Source of the DNA: Candidatus Marinacidobacterales bacterium
Lineage (GTDB): Bacteria > Acidobacteriota > Vicinamibacteria > Marinacidobacterales > DATDRI01
Assembly (NCBI GenBank): GCA_965226495.1
Contig: OZ245365.1
Location: 5,312,001 to 5,376,000 of the forward strand
DNA length: 64,000 bases
Reading direction: 5' to 3'
The translations under genes and the position numbers were made by a program. The notes below the pieces were generated by a model, which worked only from the letters and a program-made list of their open reading frames with translations, was not told the origin of the DNA and did not search any database. Positions 29,135 to 36,291 of the stretch are shown here, piece after piece. Every line of letters begins with the position of its first letter. The first letter of the stretch is position 1.

Positions 29135-29482
29135 GGGGGCGCAATGGGTTCGACGGGGATAATTGATCCCGCTGCAGCATGCCGAGAGCCATCTACTCGT
29201 AAAAAAGGTGGGACAAAAACACAACTGCTGACCACAAGTTAGCATTAGCCGCTTAAGGCTACGTCCTCCCAGGCCTCGCCTGCGTGGTTTGGAAAGGGCG
29301 TCATTAGAGCAGGCTGGCCGCATTGCCACTCCCCGGGCAATCGGCGAGATTTAGGGGATAGCTTTCGTCGGGTCCTTGCCGGTTCCTAACCGGAGAAAGC
29401 GAAAAAATCGGAATCGGACAAGCATGTAGAAGCATCGGGTGAAGGTCTTCGGACGCGGGTTCGATTCCCGCCGCCTCCACCA
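29135..29482 (+). ncRNA. ssrA: tmRNA, tag (A)ADHKLALAA*
   Basis: 5' GGGGGCG pairs with 3' CGCCTCC-ACCA with G3-U wobble; T-arm GGTTCGATTCC; tag ORF 29227-29256. Confidence 0.96.
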
Positions 29483-29650
29483 ATGCAAAGAATTCGAACC
29501 GTCCTCCGGAGCGTCGCGAACTATCGAGTTATCGAGAAGCGCGGTCGTGTCGATGGAGCTCTTCGCCACATAGTAGGCCTTCCCGATATCCGGCCGCGTC
29601 CGGCTCCAATCGAATGGGACCGAGAAGACGGCGCAAGATCAAACCAAGAC
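29471..29650 (-). pseudogene. C-terminal relic of a putative large serine integrase reading through attL
   Basis: LILRRLLGPIRLEP/(+1 frameshift)/TRPDIGKAYYVAKSSIDT...GSNSLHWWRR runs into the att core; catalytic domain absent, so family assignment is by position and recollection. Confidence 0.55.
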
Positions 29651-29774
29651 TTCCAGGAAAGAGAACCAGACAAAGTCCTTAAGTGGTGTGGTGAATCTCT
29701 TGAGCAAGACTAACCTCCGGCAAACGAAGGCGACCGGCCGGATGGCGGAGCCCAGCCAGTGCCAGGCCTTCACA

Positions 29775-29960
29775 TCACAGAGGCCAGCCTCTGAGGTACT
29801 TCACCACCTGGGCTAGCTTGTCGTTCAGTTCCTTCGGGACCTCTAGATTTCCCTTGCCGCTTTCAGCAAGTGCCGCAGAGTCGCCGACGTACTTTTCCAA
29901 CACATCCAGGTGGCCGTCTCTCGAGTCAAGGGTCCCGAGAATCTCTTCTTCTTCCGTCAT
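29775..29960 (-). CDS. Small hypothetical protein
   Basis: ATG with AAGGAGGG RBS; no recognisable motif. Confidence 0.35.
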   Translation of the reverse strand: MTEEEEILGTLDSRDGHLDVLEKYVGDSAALAESGKGNLEVPKELNDKLAQVVKYLRGWPL

Positions 29961-30035
29961 TGGTCCCTCCTTGCAGCCTGACCCCATCTGGAAGCGGGGA
30001 GGGAGAGAGAGCTCATCTTCGTCAACTACCGCGGC

Positions 30036-30190
30036 ACATTTATATTGGCAACTGCCCTTACGATGTCACCGAGGAGCAACTCCGTGAGCTCTTCGCCGCG
30101 TATGGCGAGGTGGATAGCGTTAAGCTCATCACGGACCGCGATACCGCCCGCCCCCGCGGCTTCGCTTTCGTCGAGATGCCCGACGCGTCA
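30036..30190 (+). pseudogene. RRM RNA-binding protein fragment
   Basis: RNP2 IYIGN and RNP1 RGFAFVEM; no start codon, truncated C-terminus. Confidence 0.75.
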
Positions 30191-30433
30191 GAGGACTTTG
30201 GCGAAACTCCACGATCCAGTACGGCTAAGGCGATTGGTTTCAAGGCCTCAAGTGAAGATCGGATTCGGTATGGTACGTGGGACGTGCACAAGTCAAGCGG
30301 AGAGTTGATGTAGGGCTCTTGCGCGGGAGTGCGCCGTTTTTGCTGGAAGATGACACGGGCGAGAGGCCCGGGCCTATCCTCACTACCTTGTAGTTCCCGG
30401 TAACCAACCGGCCCCCAGGTTGGCCGCAGGAGT

Positions 30434-30999
30434 CTACTCCAGCCGGACGAGCGTGTAGCGGGTTTCGTTCTCCGGCGCCCACGGTAGAGTGAGAGTTAGC
30501 CGGAGGGTGTCGCCCTCGATCTCATACGTGTACGTCACGGAGCCGCCCGACATGAAGTTGGGGTTCTTGGCGACGTTGGGTCGAGTCGTGAGCGTCGATC
30601 CCGACACTTCGTACGTACCTGAGTTCGCAATGAACGAGTCATAAGCCGCTAGCTTCTCGGCATCTGTCGGCTCAGATGAGCCTACTACGGCTCATCCCCG
30701 GAGAAAAGCTCGCGGGGCTGGCTGCTGCCGTCTGGCGCGGACGGGACGTACATGATGCTGTAGTCTTGCTTCGCGAAAATGTAGAGACTCGGCTGTGGAT
30801 TTGCGTCGGTCCAACTGGTGTCGGGCGATTCGAACGAGACCTCAATGACTTTCCACGCACCCTCCAGGGCCCCCTGCATAGGCGCCTCTGTCTCCTCCGT
30901 GGTGGCCGCCTCTTCGCTGGGAAGCTCCTCTCCGGCTGGCGCGCAAGCGGTGAGGGGAACCACGAGGGCAGCAAGAATAAGAGCCGGGATTCGACTCAA
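30434..30999 (-). pseudogene. Lipocalin-like lipoprotein disrupted by a 20-nt insertion
   Basis: GGAGG-TTG start, lipobox LTAC, LEGAWK, then FIANSGTYEVSG...YTLVRLE in another frame; removing 20 nt restores a 182-codon ORF. Confidence 0.75.
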
Positions 31000-31259
31000 C
31001 AGATCTCCACCTCCATTTCCTCCGCCTACTTCACACTTGGGCTTCCAGTGTCGCGTTTCACAAAGCTCTAGCCATGGAAGCAGCTCGAATGGATGAACGG
31101 CTCGCACACGGGTACCGCTTTGGGGGCAGCCGCGAGAGAAAGAGAACCGCGAAAGAGCCACGGCGGCTGAGAGCGGTTCGGCGCGACAACATCCGGCAGA
31201 AACAAACCAGCGGCTGCTCGTGATTACCGTCAAACTGCACCGGTTGCGATATCTCCTCC

Positions 31260-32630
31260 CTACCGTGTGCCCCAGCTCTTCTTCCGAAGCGTGACGACCG
31301 CCCAAGGTAGCATGACCAACGAGGCAACGATCCACATTGGGAGCATCGGCATCAAGGAAAAGAACCCCACCTTCCTTGCCGGAGGTAGCTGGAACGCCCA
31401 GTAGAAGGTCTGGTGCAGCAGGACAACAAGGGACAGACCGATCAGGTAACCGATCGGATTGATTGCCCCGGAAAGTGGCCCCACAAGAAGGAAATAGGTC
31501 ACAATGACCGGAGACATTAACGTTACAAGGAGAACAGCATAGAATGCCACCGCTGCGCCCCAGGGTCTTCTCCACATGTGTTTGGCGCCGATAATTGATT
31601 CCAGAACGAACGATCGCCGCCATCGTGTCTGTTGTTTGACGTACTTGGACAAATTTTCAGGTACAATCGTCTCTGCTCTGGCAATGGGCACGTACGTTGT
31701 CTCAAACCCATCACGCAGAATGAGATTTGTCAGACCTCGATCGTCGCCATAGGTCCGCTTAAGCCCCAAGAATCTCTGATTGAGCCATTCATCCATCAGT
31801 TTTCTTAGGATGTCTGTCCGGTATACGCTAAAGGCTCCCGAGCAGCAGACGACGCTCCTGAAGTAACCTTCAAGGGCCCGAAATGTTCTGAAGGCAATGA
31901 AGTATTGTTGTGTCTGCATTCTGGTTAACCAATTCGCATCGGCATTACGAACATCCGTGTGACCGCACACAGCGGCAACTCGCGAAGAATAAAATCCTCT
32001 GACGATTTGACTAAGCGCATCGCGTCGCAGAAAAACATCGCTGTCGATCAATGCCGTGATTTCGGCATTGTGAAGCCTCATTCCTGCCGCTATTGCGCTC
32101 CTTTTTCCTTCGTTCTCCGGTAGGTGGACGCCCTTGTGGCCGAAGGCCTTGGTTGCCTGATCCATCCAGTAGCCGGTGTCATCACCGCTCCCGTCATTGA
32201 CGAGGATCACCGTCAGCTTCTCTTTCGGATAATCCTGAGCAGCAAGAGACCGCGCCGTTGAGTATATTCCCCTCGATTCATTCCTAGCGGGAATAATCAC
32301 GGCTACATGAGGCTGATAAGACATCAGGGGAAGAAGTTCAGGATTATACAATGCAAAGAAAACATAGCGCGCTATGATTAGAGCTCCCACCAATGCCGCA
32401 TATGCGGAGAACACAGGATGGTAGTTGAATACATTTGATACGCGAATCAGGATTATGACGGAGGCCAACCCAGCAAAAAGAATCCAGAAAGCCATTTGAG
32501 ATGGGTGTTTTATTCGGAGAAGCTTGGAAAGCCCCCCGAAACATGTTGGGGCATCTAACCAGAATGGGCTCCCCCTATTTCTGCGTACCGCCGAGGCATC
32601 GAGCTTGGAGTCGATCACGCGGTCGCTCAC
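31260..32630 (-). CDS. GT2 processive glycosyltransferase, hyaluronan synthase/NodC-like
   Basis: DGS, DSD, CCSGAFSVYR, GDDRGLTN and QQTRW motifs; TM helices; visibly lower GC. Confidence 0.88.
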   Translation of the reverse strand: MSDRVIDSKLDASAVRRNRGSPFWLDAPTCFGGLSKLLRIKHPSQMAFWILFAGLASVIILIRVSNVFNYHPVFSAYAALVGALIIARYVFFALYNPELLPLMSYQPHVAVIIPARNESRGIYSTARSLAAQDYPKEKLTVILVNDGSGDDTGYWMDQATKAFGHKGVHLPENEGKRSAIAAGMRLHNAEITALIDSDVFLRRDALSQIVRGFYSSRVAAVCGHTDVRNADANWLTRMQTQQYFIAFRTFRALEGYFRSVVCCSGAFSVYRTDILRKLMDEWLNQRFLGLKRTYGDDRGLTNLILRDGFETTYVPIARAETIVPENLSKYVKQQTRWRRSFVLESIIGAKHMWRRPWGAAVAFYAVLLVTLMSPVIVTYFLLVGPLSGAINPIGYLIGLSLVVLLHQTFYWAFQLPPARKVGFFSLMPMLPMWIVASLVMLPWAVVTLRKKSWGTR

Positions 32631-32822
32631 GACAACCTTGGTGTTCTGCTCGACAAGTTTGGAGAGCCAAAAGAAGCAGAGCGTGAATTAAACAGGGCGT
32701 TTAGCCGCGACCCAAGTCTCAGGTCACGCCTCAAGGGGAGGGTTCCAATAGCTAGGTGTGTCATGCATTCCATCCTGCGCTCTAGCAAGGTCTCGTTGTG
32801 ACGGAGCGATATCCACTCGACT

Positions 32823-33030
32823 GTGCCAGTGGGAACGGCGGCAGTGCTCTTGCTCGGCGCTCTGGCACTGTGGCCCTACGGCTATCACACTTTTCTTCGA
32901 TGGGTCGTGTGCATGACTGCGTTGATGGTGGCTTTCCGTGCGCACGACAGCGAGCGTTTTGGGACGGTTTGGACTCTTGGCCTTCTTGCTCTCCTTTTCA
33001 ACCCTCTAATTCCAATACACCTAACCCGTG
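32823..33030 (+). pseudogene. DUF6804-like membrane protein fragment
   Basis: WPYGYHTFLRWVVC and LLFNPLIPIHLTR motifs, truncated where it meets the pal 3' end. Confidence 0.6.
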
Positions 33031-33043
33031 TTCGAATCGCGGT

Positions 33044-33598
33044 TTACTTGGACGCGATCCGAAGATGGGCTCGGCGGTTCTTTTGCCAGCACGCCTCGTT
33101 ATGGTCGCTGCAGGCCGGCCGATCCTTCCCGTAGCTGATCGTGCGGAGTCGGTTGGCCGGCACACCAAGTGAGACGAGGTAGTCCATCGCGGACTTGGCT
33201 CTACGTTCCCCGAGCGCCAAGTTGTACTCCACCGTCCCGCGTTCATCGCAGTGTCCTTCGACCTCGATGACCGCGGTGTTGTAGCTCAGCTTCAACCAGT
33301 CGGCGCTTTTGGCCATGGCATCCCTCGCCTCGGGCTGCAGATCCGACCGGTCATAGTCGAAATGGGCGTCGGACAGGTTCTTTTGGAGCTCGATGGCCGT
33401 CGCCTCAACAAAGAGATCCTCCGCCGTCGGTTGCTTCCGCGGTGGTGGTGGCGGTGGTGGCGGCGGCGGTGGTGGTGGCTCCTCCTTTGGTGGAGGCGGT
33501 GGCGGCGGGGGTGGATTCTTTCCGCAACCCACAAGATCGGTCGCTAGGACGACGACAAATACGAACAGTCCTAGCGAGGCTATCCATCGTTTCTTCAC
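33044..33598 (-). CDS. pal: Pal/OmpA-family peptidoglycan-associated lipoprotein with polyproline linker
   Basis: Lipobox LVGC; FDYD, EGHCDERGTVEYNLALGERRA, ISYGK and NRRA motifs. Confidence 0.88.
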   Translation of the reverse strand: MKKRWIASLGLFVFVVVLATDLVGCGKNPPPPPPPPPKEEPPPPPPPPPPPPPRKQPTAEDLFVEATAIELQKNLSDAHFDYDRSDLQPEARDAMAKSADWLKLSYNTAVIEVEGHCDERGTVEYNLALGERRAKSAMDYLVSLGVPANRLRTISYGKDRPACSDHNEACWQKNRRAHLRIASK

Positions 33599-33775
33599 GA
33601 AGTCACCTCCTACGCGTTATGATAGGTAGAATTGAGATGGTTCCTCATGACACCACAGTCGGTTCGCGTGCTGGGGCTCTAGCCCAGGGCTGTTTTCCAT
33701 ATGGAGTCACGAAACTGGTAGAGTACCCGAAATCGGCGGTTAGTTTAAACGCCAGAGCGTGAATTTGTCAAGGTC

Positions 33776-34069
33776 ATGGCAAAAAAACAGCCAAAAGAAA
33801 TCAAGAAGAAGATACTAACCAAGGAAGTCCTTGCCTTCGTGGTGGTCGTTTTGGCGGTCACCGGGTACCTGCTTTGTCAGGGGGCCACCAAACCTTCCGC
33901 TACCGCAGAAGGGCCTACCGCCGCACCGGCGGCGCCGAATCAAACCCTCGCCGCCGGGAACGCCCTTCCGGTGGTTCGTCTCATCTCGCTCAACGGGAAT
34001 AGCCTTCTGCGCTCGAAGTGGACCGAGAAGAGCATCCGATACACGGGTGGCCAATGGGTTACGGTCTGA
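33776..34069 (+). CDS. Hypothetical membrane-anchored protein, possibly truncated
   Basis: Basic N-terminus plus TM helix; no known motif. Confidence 0.35.
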   Translation: MAKKQPKEIKKKILTKEVLAFVVVVLAVTGYLLCQGATKPSATAEGPTAAPAAPNQTLAAGNALPVVRLISLNGNSLLRSKWTEKSIRYTGGQWVTV

Positions 34070-34115
34070 CGATTGACTGAAGACAGGGATTTGCGAAACG
34101 AACCCAATTCTCTAG

Positions 34116-34325
34116 CTACGAGCTTGTGTGCTTCCGCCGCCACCTGATAGCCTTGGCAACCGTCTTGTCCGTCACGCCCAGACTTTTGGCAATGCGGGAG
34201 AAGCTAAGACCTAGCTGGCGCAGCCGCTCAGCTTGGGCGGCGACCCTCTGGTACGCTGGGGGGTCTACGGTCTCGAGAAGGAAGGCCTCGAACGGGGTCT
34301 CACCTGCGGTTCGAATTCTTTGCGA
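34116..34325 (-). other. Start-less 69-codon HTH-encoding segment adjoining attR
   Basis: SQRIRTAGETPFEAFLLETVDPPAYQRVAAQAERLRQLGLSFSRIAKSLGVTDKTVAKAIRWRRKHTSS*; upstream in-frame TGA with no start codon in between. Confidence 0.7.
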
Positions 34326-34334
34326 CCGCCTCCA

Positions 34335-34365
34335 CCAATTTTCCCGACTCCGTCGCGAAAATTGG
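34335..34365. terminator. Hairpin overlapping the attR core (possible pre-integration tmRNA 3' flank)
   Basis: ccaattttc-ccgac-tcc-gtcgc-gaaaattgg. Confidence 0.4.
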
Positions 34366-34428
34366 CCGCCGTAACTACATCAACTGTTTGAGCGAAGGCG
34401 GGCTACCCTGCGGGCCCAACATCGGAAA

Positions 34429-34725
34429 TCAACTCGCCCTTAGAACAGGCTTGGGTAGTTTCTCGACCCGCCTAGCCGCGAGGTAAAGGTCAACTGCCTT
34501 CTGAGCGTTTAGCCAAAACTCGGGCGTTGTTCTGAACGTCGCACCGAGCTTGAGAGCCATCTCCGCAGTCACGGAGGTCCGACCGTTCACAAGCCTATTA
34601 ACGACTTTGACATCGCAACCGAGATGGTCGGCCAGTCGTTTTTGTGTCATACCGAGCGGAACCAGGAATTCTTCTTTGAGAATCTCCCCGGGGCTCGTGG
34701 GTTTGCGCCTTCTTCTTTCATTCAT
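34429..34725 (-). CDS. higA: HigA antitoxin (Xre HTH)
   Basis: PTSPGEILKEEFL, TAEMALKL and TTPEFWLNAQ motifs. Confidence 0.93.
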   Translation of the reverse strand: MNERRRRKPTSPGEILKEEFLVPLGMTQKRLADHLGCDVKVVNRLVNGRTSVTAEMALKLGATFRTTPEFWLNAQKAVDLYLAARRVEKLPKPVLRAS

Positions 34726-34735
34726 GACAGTTCTC

Positions 34736-35026
34736 TTAATGGTAATCTCGAATATCGACCTCTCCGGGACCAGCGCCCGTCCAGCGGAACACGACTCGCC
34801 ACTGATCGTTGATCCTGATGCTGTGAAAGCCCTTGAGGTCTCCCCTCAAAGCCTCCAGCCGGTTTCCGGGCGGGGAGGCAAGATCACTCAGCTTCTCAGA
34901 ATAATCCAGCATATCGAGCTTCCTGATAGCCATTTTCGCGACACGGGCCCACCCTACCCGCTTGTTGATTCGACCCTCCCGGAAGAACCTTTCGACGTTC
35001 CGACTGGCGAAACTCTGTATCGCCAC
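34736..35026 (-). CDS. higB: HigB toxin (RelE/ParE family)
   Basis: PPGNRLEALRGD, HSIRINDQWRVVFRW and DYH motifs; GTG start. Confidence 0.93.
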   Translation of the reverse strand: MAIQSFASRNVERFFREGRINKRVGWARVAKMAIRKLDMLDYSEKLSDLASPPGNRLEALRGDLKGFHSIRINDQWRVVFRWTGAGPGEVDIRDYH

Positions 35027-35032
35027 GGCGTT

Positions 35033-35061
35033 ATTATACCACAGTTAGGTATACCCAGCAA
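35033..35061 (-). promoter_or_regulatory. higBA promoter, extended -10, leaderless
   Basis: TTGCTG-17 nt-TATAAT preceded by TGn; GTG start 7 nt downstream; no SD. Confidence 0.65.
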
Positions 35062-35195
35062 AGGTAAGGTGGGCTTAACTAGGTGGCGACATCTCCAGGT
35101 GGACTTTGTAACGGCAACTCCGGAAATTAGGACCCCGCCTCCTGTCCAACATCCCGCTGCCGGGGGAGAGGTCGCCGTGGGGAAGGTATCTTCCT

Positions 35196-35224
35196 GGTTC
35201 GAATTCTTTGCGACCGCGTCACCA
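35196..35224. mobile_element. Second, decayed attR-like site
   Basis: ggttcgaattctttgcgaccgc is identical over 22 nt to 34308-34329, followed by gtcacca instead of ctccacca. Confidence 0.7.
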
Positions 35225-35230
35225 CGACAG

Positions 35231-35590
35231 GTGTACATCCTACGAAGTCTCATCGATCCGGACCGCCACTACGTCGGCTTGACCGCCGACGTGCATCAAC
35301 GCTTGGCTTGGCACAATGTCGGTCAATCGGCGCACATGCCGAAGGAGGAGCAGATACTTTTCCAAATGATCCAGCAGGCTCAAGGTTCGATGGCAGAGGG
35401 TCCCAACTCAGTGATGGAAGGCGAGCACGAGGATACGGCCACGGCACTGCGTCGGTTGCGGTCGTTGACAGACGACTACACCTTACCGGAGGAAGCCTGT
35501 CAACACCTGGCGAGCGCTGTGGCATCACCTCGCGGCGCTCGGTCTCTTCACCGTCACATTCATTTGGAGAACAACATTTTTTCCCCGGTG
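35231..35590 (+). pseudogene. Fused relics: GIY-YIG nuclease N-terminus and RIC/YtfE hemerythrin C-terminus
   Basis: VYILRS...HYVGLTADVHQRLAWHN joined to HMPKEEQILF...EHE...LTDDYTLPEEAC...HIHLENNI. Confidence 0.7.
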
Positions 35591-35684
35591 CGCTCGCAAG
35601 TTAGTACCGAACTTGCGCTTCGCATCGAGGAACGCGAAAGGACTCGTAGATCTCGCGGCATGCCGGTAGCAGCTGCCCTCGATC

Positions 35685-36239
35685 TCAGCTCTGAGGCGTG
35701 GGCTTCGATTCGCCAGCGTCCTCTTCCGTCGTGAGAAACTCGGCGGTTTCCTCCGCCGAGACAGCGACAGGGCCAGTCACCAGGACGGGAGAAGCGTCGA
35801 TCTCCTGGGCGTGCATCATCTCCGCGACCCTCTGAAGCGTTGAGAGGATGAGCGTCTGCTCCCAGTCCGCGAGCTTCCGGAGTTCCGTGACGAAGCGCTC
35901 TTGAAGCAAGGGAGGGGCCTGCTTGATGGCCTCTCGACCCGCGGCAGTCAGCTCGTTCACGACGCGGCGCTTGTCCGGTGTTCTCCGCTGCCTCTCGATG
36001 AGCTTTCTCTTTTCGAGTCGTTCCAGAATTTCGGATAGGGTCGCCTGTCCCAGCGAGACACTCTCGGCAAGTTGACCCGTCGTTTGTGACCCACGCAACC
36101 CCAAGGAATGCAACACCACGAGCTGGGGTCCCGTTAGACCGTAGCGCTGGGCGAGGTATTTCGAATGCAGGTCCACGGCCCGGATGATCCGTCGCAGAGC
36201 AGCGAGGATCTCACCGTGTGTATCGAAGTCGTTCTTCAT
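35685..36239 (-). CDS. MarR family regulator, EctR-like
   Basis: LRRIIRAVDLHSK, GLTGPQL, DKRR, APPLLQERF and EQTLILSTLQRVAEMM...IDASPVL motifs. Confidence 0.85.
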   Translation of the reverse strand: MKNDFDTHGEILAALRRIIRAVDLHSKYLAQRYGLTGPQLVVLHSLGLRGSQTTGQLAESVSLGQATLSEILERLEKRKLIERQRRTPDKRRVVNELTAAGREAIKQAPPLLQERFVTELRKLADWEQTLILSTLQRVAEMMHAQEIDASPVLVTGPVAVSAEETAEFLTTEEDAGESKPTPQS

Positions 36240-36291
36240 GATCACTGCCGAGCTCGACCTTCCAACGCCACGCCAGTGGTACCTTCCGGGC

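Larger units (their letters stand above)
29471..34339. mobile_element. Decayed tmRNA-integrated element (~4.85 kb), serine-integrase-type att sites
   Basis: 14-bp direct repeat ccgcctccaccaat at 29471-29484 and 34326-34339; 17-bp perfect inverted arms at 29485-29501 and 34307-34323. Confidence 0.88.

Noticed and set aside
29450-29482. tRNA-like 3' end as a separate tRNA gene
   Set aside because: It is the tRNA-like domain of tmRNA; there is no anticodon arm.
30685-31623. 312-aa minus-strand ORF overlapping the GT2 gene
   Set aside because: Only the part from 30999 has an RBS, lipobox and coding character; the rest is an alternate frame.
33028-33040. gttcgaat match to the att arm at the DUF6804/pal junction
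   Set aside because: Only 8 nt with no core sequence; compatible with chance.
33440-33512. (GGT/GGC)n tract as microsatellite or glycine-rich ORF
   Set aside because: Explained by the polyproline linker of the Pal-like gene on the minus strand.
34550-35734. 394-aa plus-strand ORF
   Set aside because: Mostly antisense to higBA; only the GIY-YIG and RIC relics inside it look coding.
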